The translations under genes were made by a program, and so were the position numbers. From assembly GCA_003427395.1 (NCBI GenBank), contig BFEA01000029.1, positions 4,221,975 through 4,285,974 on the forward strand: a DNA stretch of 64,000 nt. The letters are read 5' to 3'. The DNA is from Chara braunii (Eukaryota > Plantae > Charophyceae). Positions 1 through 12,328 of the stretch are shown one piece after another. How positions within the stretch are numbered: the first letter of the stretch is position 1; every line of letters begins with the position of its first letter. The notes beneath the pieces are model-generated. The model saw nothing but the letters and a program-made list of their open reading frames with translations, searched no databases and was not told where the DNA came from.

Positions 1-1380
1 ACAAGGTGCGAGTGCGCCGAATGCCAAACAAACAGGCGTGTACACACAGACGTGGAAGTTAGTGCACCATAATCGTTTTTTATATCATCATAATCATTTT
101 AAATTATCACACGGTAAAACTGCTTCAAAATTCAATATGATATCATTGATATGATATGATATGATATCCATACATCCAGGTTGAGAAAGGGGTTGCTCTG
201 GTGATTGTGTTTGAAACGCACCCGCACACACGTATGCTCACACTCGCTCACGCATGGTGCATATTCTTTGAGAATGCTGTTAAGGATTTGTTTCTCAAGT
301 TCCTTGTTCCCTTTCCGTTGATCTGCTTTGCGGCATTTTCTGCAGATTTCCAAAATACAGGAGGAGATGCAGTTGCTTAGGGAGCAGCCTCATCATCATC
401 AACACCTGCACCAGCATCAGCATCATCATCATGAGGAGCAGCTCCACCACCTCCACCAAGAACCTGAGCATCACTCGCCGATTCATGAGGAGAGGCGGTG
501 GCTTTGACATTCTACCCTCTTTCACCATGGCTGCGAACATGCGATGATACTAACTGGTGATCCGGTTCTCCGCCTTTTGGCATTCTCCGCGTTGGCATCC
601 TGGGCTTAGCTCGAAAGGTCATCCTTGGGTGTCCGGAAGGCCTTGACTAGGTCCTCCTTCTGCCTCTGTCGACGATGCCATTCATCTGAATCGATCCATA
701 GCTAAGGTATGTTTGTTATGCCCCTCTTTCACAGCTACTGGCCAGCGTTGCTTAACACGGAATGAAGAATGCTTTGAATGAGTGGGCTCAGCAACATGCG
801 CCGGAATGCGGAGTTATCTTCTGTTGCTGAGAACATCCTGATTGCTTGTGTGCTATAACTATCGGATACCAAATGCATTGGCATCAGTGGTTGATTGGTC
901 ATGGGATGGAGCAAGCACAAGGAGGGGAGGATGAAGAATGAGAGAGATGATGTGTGCATATATGACTGAGAATACGGAATAGCCAGTTTTTGGTAGGGAG
1001 GTATAACAAAGGAGTGCAGGGACAGTCAGGGAGGACCCCCCCCCCCCCCCCACACCCCCACAACCCCCAACCACCACCACCCCCAACCACAACAACCAAA
1101 CCAGCTCTACCACTACTTGAAGGCCATGAAACTACACAGCTGAACTCATATGTTGATCAGGGTACTAGGGTGGTTGACAGGTGATTCTGATTAGCCCAGG
1201 CAGTTCGTTCTGTTGGGGGGAAAAGTTTCACTCCGTGGAGGACGGTGGTGATTTTCGTTCGTGCATGTGTGCACGTAGTGATGTAATGCATGTGTGCCTG
1301 AGGGGGTGGCACACAGAGAAATAGGGGCGAAGGTGGATAGAGGGGCAAGAAGAGTGTGTGTCAGACACACACAGACACAG

Positions 1381-1382
<2 letters not shown>

Positions 1383-1449
<67 letters not shown>

Positions 1450-1452
1450 GAG
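1383..1452. repeat. (GA)n microsatellite (others: CT/GT tracts 2700-3234, CT 6046-6134, CT 48456-48548)
   Basis: Directly visible dinucleotide runs, several abutting N gaps. Confidence 0.97.
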
Positions 1453-2729
1453 GGCGAGTGCGTGCGCCGCACATGTTTGTGTGTTTGTAGAATTGTGTCA
1501 AATTGTCAATCAATCGATTGTTTATTGTATAGAGCCGCGCCTGATGATGATAAACCTGGCTCGACGTTATTGTGCGTTCATTGAGAACTGTTGTGTTATT
1601 ACCATCAAATTTGAAAGGGGGAGGGGAATCGCTAGAGGCAAGGAGGACATTTATCCCAGAGTAGAGTAGAGAATTAGATGGAATTCTAAGAAGGCAGGTG
1701 AAACTTTGACACATTGAGGGAGTTTAAATATGTTGTGTTTGGGCGGAGAAGTGCTATGGATGTCTGGGTCAGGAGGCGTGATGTTGGCGCAAAGGGTTTA
1801 CGGAGGAGGTGGGGAGGCCTTTGTGGGCCGACATCGTTGCCAAAGTCTCAGGGTGTGCTGACACTAGTGCTATGTTGAATGTGTCTGACCTCATTTACGG
1901 CCGAACATGTATGCATCTGGCCGCATTTCTGTCCAGAAACAAGTGAAAAAGTTCTAGTGCAAGTATGCCCTCGCTATTGTTGTGGAGTTTGCAGGAGTCC
2001 CGGCTGACATTTCCGAAGCCGGAGTTCTCTAGGAAATTACCACTGCCTCGCCTAGAAGTTTCTCTGAAGTTACACGGTCATCTTGGTACTGGATGTCAGA
2101 AGCTGTAGAGGAGTGATTTCCCCAGATGGCCATGGCAATGTGTTATAGTTACACACTTGTCAAAGCGAAGAGAGGAAGGAAGTGGTGGGGGACCGCGGTA
2201 GAGAGAGGAGGGGGTTCTCGCTCACCTCCAGGACCCTGGCATCTCCTCTTTTGAGGATTGTTGGACACGAACTTGGCATATTCGATTGGCTTTCAATTTT
2301 GTGTTTCACATAATGCTGTGTTGGTTTACTTTCAGTCAATTCGGGGTTCGGACTCCGATTCGTATTTACGTGTTTGCGACATGACCCAATTTATGTTTGC
2401 CTTAGCAGACTAAGGTAGACCGTTTTGCAACAGGAAGTGTTCTGGTTCTCGTTTGTCTCACTCTTCACATTTTTCAGTGTTTCGAGACGGATTATAGAAA
2501 GTGGATCGCGCGTTTTTCATATATGATCAACCTGTATTTGCCTTCCGGTTGACAAGTAGAGAGTAGATGAATGACTATCTTCTATTGCCATCAGCCTTCA
2601 GGGGTATTGCTAGCATGCTAGTTATACGCTTTGTGAAATATTCGCAGAGAGACAGACAGGTTGTGGACTGTCGGCTGGTATACATGTCTTTCCCGGATGC
2701 TCTCTCTCTCTCTGTGCACCACTCTCCCC

Positions 2730-2791
<62 letters not shown>

Positions 2792-3184
2792 NNNNNNNNN
2801 NNNNNNNNNNNNNNNNNNNNNNNNNNNNNNNNNNNNNNNNNNNNNNNNNNNNNNNNNNNNNNNNNNNNNNNNNNNNNNNNNNNNNNNNNNNNNNNNNNNN
2901 NNNNNNNNNNNNNNNNNNNNNNNNNNNNNNNNNNNNNNNNNNNNNNNNNNNNNNNNNNNNNNNNNNNNNNNNNNNNNNNNNNNNNNNNNNNNNNNNNNNN
3001 NNNNNNNNNNNNNNNNNNNNNNNNNNNNNNNNNNNNNNNNNNNNNNNNNNNNNNNNNNNNNNNNNNNNNNNNNNNNNNNNNNNNNNNNNNNNNNNNNNNN
3101 NNNNNNNNNNNNNNNNNNNNNNNNNNNNNNNNNNNNNNNNNNNNNNNNNNNNNNNNNNNNNNNNNNNNNNNNNNNNNNNNNNNN

Positions 3185-3235
<51 letters not shown>

Positions 3236-4362
3236 CTGCATTCATTTTGCGCAAGGTACATGTTCCTAGTCTCCCGTTTTGTTGGAGCTTGATTCTGCTG
3301 TAGTGTTGGCTAGAAGCAATTGCCAGAATCAGTTGTCAACACTCTTGATTGTGTGAATGAGTATGTAATTGAGGAAGGTGCGGTGACAAGGTATATATAG
3401 GTGTGTGACACTTGCGCGTGCGAGCGCTCAGCTAGCCAGGAACAGAGGATGAATCGATCCGCCATAGGATATGCTGTCTCATCTGATCCGGTATTTCATA
3501 GCCACAGTGGCGATACAGAGAGAGAGAGCCACAGTAGCAACACTGTGCTGTACCCTCAATGCCCCTCAGCAGCACTGGACTCTCTCGAAATAGATGCTAG
3601 GAACACAGAGTGGGGTGCTCTTGAATTTTTATTCCTCTCGAGCAGTAGTTACTCGGACACTGTATCATGGCTGATCGGGGATAAGAGATGGGAACGGTGC
3701 TAGTTGGTTTCTCTCGTCATCGTCAATGCCACGGCATGTACATGTGCATTTCCCTGAGTGGATATTGAGGTGATGATTGTGAAGACACGCTCAGTGGCGC
3801 AGGGTCCAAGTTTCAGTCCTTCGTTCAACGCGCCCATGCTGCACATTCACAGTCAGCTTTCAGGAATGCAAGGGCGAGGTACGTGGAAGCATGTGATGAT
3901 GTGGTAGAGAATTGAATACAGTGTGCTGTCTGGTGAAGAGAGAGGCCAATGGTCATTCACCGTGTGTTGTCATTGTGACCTGTTCGGGAGGATGCAACTT
4001 GGTGGAGAGCGAAGGTGACGATGGTCTGGCTTGTTGATTGGCCTGGACACCCCTGCAACAACCTTAAATACACTGCTTGATGCATGCTGACTGCACCAGC
4101 ATGCATCCTCGAGGCCTGAGAAGGTATGATTTAGTGCGTCGTACACGTTTGACAAATAATTTACCGCAGTGGCATGTCCGTGTTGCTCCGCTAATTTGAT
4201 GTTGTACTTTTTGTCATGAAAATTTATTTGAATAAAGTCAGATGTTGAATTGTCCCAAGTGAGTGTTTCTGAAAGGGAGTCCACAGGTTCTGTGAATAAC
4301 CGTCTGTAGGGAATGAAGACGCGGTGTTGAGTTAATAGCAGTGTGGAGCGAAATGACAGCGT

Positions 4363-4902
4363 GCGGAGTAATGAAGGTGAGGAGTGCACTGATGTGTGGA
4401 GTAATGAAGGTGAGGAGTGCACTGATGTGTGGAGTAATGAAGGTGAGGAGTGCATTGCTGTGTGGGTCGGCGTGTGGTCTGTTGTGTGGTGTAGAGGCCT
4501 CGAGTGAGGTGTAGAGGTGTCAAGTGGGGTGTAGAGTGAGGTGTGCGGTGGAGGCGTGGAGAAAATGGAAGGTACACAGCAGTCACAGAATGAAGTGAAT
4601 CTCCTTGCACTGCAAACAGCACTGTGGGGGGTGGAGTGAGGTGTGGAGTTCGGTATGGAGTGAGGTGTGGAGTTCGGTATGGAGTGAGGTGCGGAGTTCG
4701 GTATAGAGTGAGGTGTGGAGTGGGGTGTGGAGTGGGGTGTGGAGTGAGGTGTGGAGTGAGGTGTGGAGTGAGGTCTAGAGTGAGGTGTGGAGTGGGGTGT
4801 GGAGTGAGGTGTGGAGTAGGTGTGGAGTGAGGTGTGGAGGAAATGAAGACGCACAGCAGTCATAGAATGAATTGAATAGTCTTGCACTGCAAACAGCACT
4901 GC
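4363..4902. repeat. Composite minisatellite: 33-bp units (4363-4455) and 12/24-bp GTGTGGAGTGAG-type units (4625-4838) bracketed by a ~63-bp direct repeat
   Basis: Tandem GTGTGGAGT(GAG/GGG/TCG) units. The stretch ending ...CTTGCACTGCAAACAGCACTG is repeated at ~4561-4624 and ~4839-4901. Confidence 0.9.
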
Positions 4903-5168
4903 ATTGTGAATGAAATGAAGAGTGATTGTTAAGTGAAACTTGATGTTGTTGAACCTGAAAGGCTAAAAGCAAATCGAGCTCAAAAGGCATAACAAAAGAT
5001 ATGCATGTTGGGATTCAGAACCCCTCTTCCACCAATGGTCTCATTAATGGACATTGATGCGGAAAGTTAACATCATAGATTGAAATTTCATTGTTAAGGG
5101 AGATTGGCATTCCATTCAGGAACTCTGAAAAATGAGTTCGAGTGTTTGAGACATGGATGCATTTTTTA

Positions 5169-5247
5169 TGGAATGAAGATTTCTGAAGATTTCTGAACAG
5201 AACTGGAGTCCAGTTCTGTCCAGAAATCTTCAGAAATCTTCATTCCA
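5169..5247. repeat. 79-bp near-perfect palindrome/hairpin
   Basis: TGGAATGAAGATTTCTGAAGATTTCTGAACAGAACTGGA is followed by its reverse complement with one mismatch. Confidence 0.93.
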
Positions 5248-6045
5248 AAATGAGTGTTTTTGAGTGTTTTTGAGTGTTGGAGTGTTGGAGTGTTGGAGTG
5301 TTTGAGTGTGTTTGGAGAGTGTTTGAGTGTGTTTGGAGAGTGTTTNNNNNNNNNNNNNNNNNNNNNNNNNNNNNNNNNNNNNNNNNNNNNNNNNNNNNNN
5401 NNNNNNNNNNNNNNNNNNNNNNNNNNNNNNNNNNNNNNNNNNNNNNNNNNNNNNNNNNNNNNNNNNNNNNNNNNNNNNNNNNNNNNNNNNNNNNNNNNNN
5501 NNNNNNNNNNNNNNNNNNNNNNNNNNNNNNNNNNNNNNNNNNNNNNNNNNNNNNNNNNNNNNNNNNNNNNNNNNNNNNNNNNNNNNNNNNNNNNNNNNNN
5601 NNNNNNNNNNNNNNNNNNNNNNNNNNNNNNNNNNNNNNNNNNNNNNNNNNNNNNNNNNNNNNNNNNNNNNNNNNNNNNNNNNNNNNNNNNNNNNNNNNNN
5701 NNNNNNNNNNNNNNNNNNNNNNNNNNNNNNNNNNNNNNNNNNNNNNNNNNNNNNNNNNNNNNNNNNNNNNNNNNNNNNNNNNNNNNNNNNNNNNNNNNNN
5801 NNNNNNNNNNNNNNNNNNNNNNNNNNNNNNNNNNNNNNNNNNNNNNNNNNNNNNNNNNNNNNNNNNNNNNNNNNNNNNNNNNNNNNNNNNNNNNNNNNNN
5901 NNNNNNNNNNNNNNNNNNNNNNNNNNNNNNNNNNNNNNNNNNNNNNNNNNNNNNNNNNNNNNNNNNNNNNNNNNNNNNNNNNNNNNNNNNNNNNNNNNNN
6001 NNNNNNNNNNNNNNNNNNNNNNNNNNNNNNNNNNNNNNNNNNNNN

Positions 6046-6138
<93 letters not shown>

Positions 6139-7246
6139 TTGCATATTCACAGCAATCTCCCATGCTTGGAGGCATGCAGCATCTATCACTCTTTCCCTCC
6201 AGCATTCCGGAAGCCAGATGGAACGTGAACAGGAAACACGGTTGATGGCCTATTTTAGCCTGTCCAGACGGGCATCACTTGTCTCCAGGGCGAATCGCTC
6301 ACGGAATGAGTCACAGCTCGCACGGACGTGTAAGGGAGGGAATGTGTGATTGAGGACGTGCCACTCATCTGGATTTGAACGCGGGTCTGCATTTCAACAG
6401 CTCATGGGTGTACCAACTTCGTTGCAGGTTCGCACTCCAATGAGGTGATAAGAGCACCCTCATTAAGTGGGCCTGCAGAGAAGGCTCCGGAAATGTTCGT
6501 TGTTCAGAAGCAAAAGATTCACAGCTGAGAAATCAGAGACTGTTGCCGATCCAGATGCCTATGCACATTAGAACCTGCTAAGCATGGCTTTGGCTGATCT
6601 GTCAATGATGAACAGCCAGCTTGGGTGGCTCGAATGAAGCGTTGCTGGATTTTCTGAGTCGTCTAGCATTGTCGGGAGCTGCAGAGTGGGGGTGTTCTGT
6701 TGGCCTGGTGGTCGGTTGGGGGGCTCCTTGCAGTGCGGTGCATGTAGACCGATGGAGCATGAAGGAAAATATGTGATGGAGAGAAAGCACAAGAAGAAGG
6801 AAAAGAAGAAGAAGACGAACCTAAAGTTATGGAATGGGTTGTTGGAAGAGGTTTACACATGGGTGAGAGCCAAACAGGGACTCCTTCGTGACTCCTCCAG
6901 GGTTCTGTTCTCTTCTGCTGCTGTTGCTCGTGGCAGGGGTGCTTCTGGTGCGACCTCTGTTTTTGTTTNCCTNGTCCTTCTTGCNGNCCCTGTTNCTGCN
7001 GTTTTCGCCTCCTTTGTTGCTAATGCTGCCGTTGCCAATACTGCCCGTGGAGGTGCGCAGCTCTTTATACTGCGGTCCGTGCTGTTACCGCTGTTGCTGC
7101 TTTTGATCCTCTTGCTATTGTTTTTTTTGCTGCTGGTGCCTCTGTGCTGGCATCGGTGGTTTTCATGTTGTTGCTATTGTTGTTTTCGCTTGCCATTGAT
7201 GTTGTTGTTGCTGTTCGTCTTTCTTGTTTTTGTTTTTCCCCTGTAG

Positions 7247-7355
7247 CCCCAAAAGGTTAATTTATACCGTGTGGTGCACTGGACCAAGAATCAGATATTA
7301 AGCTGTTCGAAACAGATACTACACTCTACCTTGGCCAAGAGGCTGAGCAGCGTAT
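7247..7355 (-). pseudogene. U2: Divergent U2 snRNA-like copy (5' ~110 nt)
   Basis: Minus strand reads ATACGCTGCTCAGCCTCTTGGCCAAGGTAGAGTGTAGTATCTGTTTCGAACAGCTTAATATCTGAT...CCACACGGTATAAATTAACCTTTTG. It is collinear and ungapped against plant U2 and keeps the GTGTAGTATCTG branch-point recognition region. The Sm site is altered and the 3' stem-loops are absent. Confidence 0.85.
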
Positions 7356-8140
7356 CCCCCATCAACTTTGTGCTTCTCCTTCTTCTTCTCCTTCTCCAAC
7401 ACATTTATTACTGAGAAATGTATATGCTTCTTCTTTATGCATCTTCTCAACCACACTTAACCTTACCCACAAGTCGGTTTCGTTGTGTTCTTCTTCTCCG
7501 TTGCCATCTTCGTCTTCATATTCTCCTCCTCTTCTTCCTCCTCCTCCTCCTCCTCCTCCATATGCTCTTCCTCTTGCTCGCCCTCCCTCTCCTTGTTCTT
7601 CTCCTTCTCCTTCTCCGTCACCTTTTTCTCCTTCTTCTCCTCGTTCTTCTTCTTCTCCTCGTTCTCCTTCTCCCTCTCCATCGCCTTCTTCTCCTTCTTC
7701 TCCTCGTTCTTCTCCTTCTTCCCCTCGTTCTCTTCTTCCCCTCGTTCTCCTTCTCCTCCTCCTGTTGTTCATAGCTCGATCTTGAGCACAGCTCATGTTT
7801 TTCACCATTTGCACATCTTTGTCACTGATAGGATCCAATTAATCGCATTTGGTGGAATTTAGGTCGGACAACTTCCAGCAACCATGGCAACAGTATCCCT
7901 GTGAATGGCATTCCTGGAAATTCAGAAGAATAAGGTCGAGTGAATAGCATCCGTCCATTTCAATTGATGCGAGGGGTTTTAGGTATCATCGTCAAAGTAT
8001 GAATTTACCATCCCCAGGTAATTCAGAATGCTTGTACTTTCCTCATCTGAACGTATCTGGAATTGAACTTGAGTCTGTATTTCAACAGTTTGTGGGTCTA
8101 CCAACTGAGCCAAGCCCGTTGGTGGGGTTGAGGCCTTTCA

Positions 8141-8231
8141 TTTCTCAATTTATGCATGTCATCCTTGCACAGGGGTCATGCTAATCTATCTTCTGTGTAT
8201 CGTTCCAATTTTAACGGAGGTCCCAAAGGAC
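8141..8231 (-). pseudogene. U6: Tail-less U6 snRNA retrocopy with 16-bp TSD
   Basis: Minus strand reads GTCCTTTGGGACCTCCGTTAAAATTGGAACGATACACAGAAGATAGATTAGCATGACCCCTGTGCAAGGATGACATGCATAAATTGAGAAA. It is flanked by GGGTTGAGGCCTTTCA at 8125-8140 and 8232-8247. Confidence 0.95.
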
Positions 8232-8394
8232 GGGTTGAGGCCTTTCAACTTCCCCTGGACTGCAGACGTACCCATGGCAGCGGGGGGGTTGAGGCCTCCA
8301 GCAGCCCAGATGTGGACAAGGGCTGCAATGACTTTAATATTGTGGCTGTGGCTTCCCATTGTTGAATAGATATATATATATATTTTATATATAT

Positions 8395-8987
8395 GTTTAC
8401 CGGGCAGTTCTATTTGACGATATATACTACGACTTTGCTAGCTTCCTGCTACGGTTTTCTCCGGTCAGGTCAAGCGGCAGTGGTCGGGGCCGTCACTACG
8501 CGGCCATGCTCTAGTGCCAGCGGCGTGTCTGGAGTGTATTTTTTGGCTGTGACAGACCTTTCTTTGTTTCGTGGGTGTTTTGCTGGCTTGTGATGGGGTG
8601 TGAACNACAAAAAAAAAAAGGAGTATATATATATATTTTATTATTTTGTATGATATATATATATATATCGTCACAAACAGAACTGCCCGGTAAACCGTAG
8701 GCAGAGAGAGAGAAGAGGACAACAAACGAGGGGCTGTGACAAACTGTTATATATTTATATATATATATATATATAGTCGGTGAAACTCCGACGAAACAGT
8801 TTGTCACAGCCCCTCGTTTGTTGTCCTCTTCTCCCTCTCTGCCTACGGTTTACCGGGCAGTTCTATTTGACGATATATACATCATCAAACAATATATATA
8901 TATATAGTCGATGAAACTCCAACGAAACAGTTTGTCACAGCCCCTCGTTTGTTGTCCTCTTCTCCATGGTTTTACCGGGCAGCTCTG
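8395..8987. mobile_element. Cluster of 5'-truncated hammerhead-bearing PLE-type 3' ends in (TA)n (8395-8419 +, 8669-8748 -, 8775-8872 +, 8906-8987 +)
   Basis: Repeated unit AGTCGGTGAAACTCCGACGAAACAG...CGGGCAGTTCT(G/A)TTTG(T)GACG joined to (AT)n, in both orientations. Confidence 0.8.
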
Positions 8988-9260
8988 ACCTCGTGACCCG
9001 TTTACTGACCACATCAAGGTCGTACATGCGCATGAGGTGGTTCGTGCTACGAACTTGCGCCATGTGTTACAATTACCGGATGTAGTTGCATTGCACCTGG
9101 ACCCTCAAGCAGCCACACATGTTTGTGTGTGTGACAAACTGATGTCACCCATGCGTGTCCAGTTTTGTAAGTCTACTGATGTGGCCTTGAGTATCACTCT
9201 TGGCATGACCTTACCCGACTCCTCTAGTTGCGATGTCGCAGAGCCTTTCCATGTTGTTCT

Positions 9261-9681
9261 TTTTCTTTTTTCTTTTTTATTTCTTTTTTCTTTTTTATTT
9301 CTTTTTTTTTATTATTTTTTTTATAAGAAGCTCCATCTATTGGTGGGGCGCATCACCTGCTGGAAACCGGGTCCAGCGTCCCATAGATACAACTATATCC
9401 TCACAATTTGGCACGAACTGGGAACCGGGCCCAGCGTCCCATAATGAGCACGGTCAGAATAGTCGTCAGAGAATTCCATGAAAATGAGACTAGGAGCCTA
9501 CCCAAGAGAAGTAGAATTTTGAAAATTGATATACTGAGGCCAATACCCGGCTTTGGCTCAAAGAATTTTGGAGCTACTTCAGACCTATCTATGACAACTT
9601 CATGATTAGGCAAAATTCAGAAACGACTCAGGAGAACCCCCATCAATCCACTGTTACCTCACTCCGGCAAGACTGACTGCA
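9261..9681 (-). mobile_element. 5'-truncated LINE 3' end inserted in the PLE
   Basis: Poly(T)-rich tail at 9261-9322. ~23-bp TSD GC(A/G)GAGCCTTTCCA(T/C)GTTGTTCT at 9238-9260 and 9682-9704. Shares the GCTCCATCTATTGGTGGGG..CATCACCTGCTGGAAA..GGGT.CAGCGTCCCAT block with 21082-21137 and 21502-21557. Confidence 0.9.
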
Positions 9682-12328
9682 GCGGAGCCTTTCCACGTTG
9701 TTCTGATCTTGTGGATGGCCATATTGTGTTTGTTGACTACAATATCATCTACGATGATAGCCTTCGCAAGCTTTTTCAAGAAGGCTCGAAGTATCGGTTG
9801 AATGGGGAAACTGCTGATGAGTACATTGCCAATTACAAAATATTGTTGGTTGGGCATTCTCAATCTGTTTTTTTTCTCTTTTCTTTCTCAGAAGCTGAAC
9901 AACTGGTGTTCTGCAATCCCTGTGCATTGGCAATCCAATGCATCTTCGTTCTCTAATCATGCGAGCCACCCACGTTCACTTCTTTCTACACATGCCTCCT
10001 TGCGCCATCCAAAACACTTAGCCATTGTCCCTATGGACAAAACATCGCACAATTTTGAAATTTGCTGCAATAATTGGTATTTGTTTCATCTCTCTACCTA
10101 TTTGGACAGTCCCACTTATACCCGTCCTCAAGAGTCTGTTGCTGATGTCCTTGACCACCGTGCAGTGTGGAGTTGTTGATGTCCTTGACCACCATGCAGT
10201 GTGGAATCACCATTGGGGTTACACCCACACTGATATCCTACTTTACCTTTACTATGTACCCAAAGCTCACAAGTCTCCTCCAACTTTTCGCATCATTCTT
10301 GGAGTCACAGCACAAAATAACAGTGTTGTTCTTCCGCACGCTCGCCCTCGTCCAACAATTGGCACCATTCATGCACAGACTCCTCACAAACCCTCGGCTA
10401 ACACAACGACTACTTTGTCGTATCTCAGCGCTGCTTTGCAAGGAGTGATCTCTACTCTTCTCGATAAAGATACTGAGCTCTATCAACAGGTTGATGTTCG
10501 ACATGCTGGATCATTCAGAGTGCCGATAAAGTGGCGATTGACCCAAAAAAACAATGCATCGTCTTTTTGTGGCCTCTCTCCTTGCATTGTTGATTTTACC
10601 ACAATGTACATCAATCTTCCTCATGACCTCATTTTGAATAATGTGGTAGAAGTTGCTGATGAAGCTCAAGCTGATGCCCTTCGGCATGCTCGCACGCATT
10701 TACATTGCGTTGCCCTCAACACGGTTATTCGAGGACCTCGTTGTGGCCAATGGACGATTGATTCAGGCCCAGATACCCTTTCCGTTTCTCAGATTCTCCA
10801 ACATCTTAGCTTGGCTGTAAAAAATATTTTTTTTGTGCACTAGAGATGACATGCTTCAAAAACAAATTATCAGTATTCCAATGGGAATGAATGGTGGTCA
10901 ATAAATTTATAATTTGACGTTGTATTTGGACGAAGCACGCTTTGTTGATGACATTTGCCAACATGATCTTCAAGTCGCTCAGCAATATGCCCTCACCTAT
11001 CGGCTCGTTGATGATGTTCTTTCATTGGGACAATTTTCTCCTCCACTAGAGCACTATGGGCTTGAGTGGAAGTTGACTACAACGACAGATGACTCGTGTA
11101 CCTTTTTAGGTATGTATCTACGGGTCCGTTTCGATGGCTCGCTTCGCATGAGTGTCTTTGATAAAGCGGTTGCTTGGGACTTGTCATTCATTATCTAAGT
11201 GCGACCTCCAATATCCTTTCCCATCAACCCGCTGGTATGTTCATTGGGCAACTGACCACAATTGGTAGAACTTTCGAACTGCGGGAACAACACTTACTTA
11301 TTGCATGCTTTCACGTGGATATTCTTCACCAACCCTTGCTAAGGGGTGGACGTGCTACGTGCGTTCCGTCCAACGTCGTTATCCTACGCATGTGACGCCT
11401 ATTTCTCAGTGGTTCCAATGCATGTTGTGATGGTCCTTGTATCATCCAATTTCTTATTCGCCCCCACGACGCTCTCGCCGTACCCATGCTTGCTCATCTG
11501 TTGCTTCCGCAATTTCCACTGTTGCAGTCTCTACTCCTGCAGTTTCCACTGCTGCAGTGTCCACTGTTGTGGTTTTCACAACTGTAGTATTCACTGTTGC
11601 AGTTTCCACTGCTCCCATTTCCATTGGTACAGTTTCCACCGCTGTAGTTCCTACTGCTGCGGTTTCCACTGGTGCAATTTTCACTATAGCCAATTCCATG
11701 ACTGCAAATCCTCCAGTGCAAAGAGCATCACAGTCTCACTGACACTCACGTTCCTTTATTTTAAAATTTTGCCCAATCCAACCCCCTCTCATTTATTTTT
11801 GCGCTTGGCAGCAAACGACTGCATTCCTCCTCACCACCCCCTTCTCCTCCATGGTCTCGCTTGCGAACAGACTTTTCAGTTTTTGTTGTTCTCATTGTTT
11901 CACCTTCGTTACTAGGGACAAGTTCATCTTTTGTCTGCAATACCACTACTCCTCTTGTTGTGTCTCGCCGACGACATCCGCGACATCGTGCCCCGATTCT
12001 CTCTGTGCCTCCTCCACAGGTTGTTGCGGTTCCTTTGTTTTAAATGACAATATTCGCTCCTGCAGGCAGCAACGAGACCATGTTTTATACCCTGTGGCGT
12101 TAGATGTTCACGACTCACATGTACGACATGGTCCCTGCTCAGAGTACACTCCCGACTCCAGGGATAGTCCCTACTCAGGATGCAGCTGTAAATATGGAGG
12201 GATTGTAACATGATTTGCCCGGATTGCGGTTGACGCCACAAGGCGTGGACCACGTGAGGGATCTGCAAATGGTGGACTAACATTGTTCGGATGAACCACA
12301 AATTTGTGCCCCACCACGCACAGACCAC

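Noticed and set aside
2567-6245. Long ORFs in the ORF track
   Set aside because: They are artefacts of N gaps, microsatellites and the TPHS minisatellite. No recognisable domain is present.
7362-7862. E/G-rich and S/P-rich ORFs
   Set aside because: Low-complexity CTT/CCT repeats are open in several frames.
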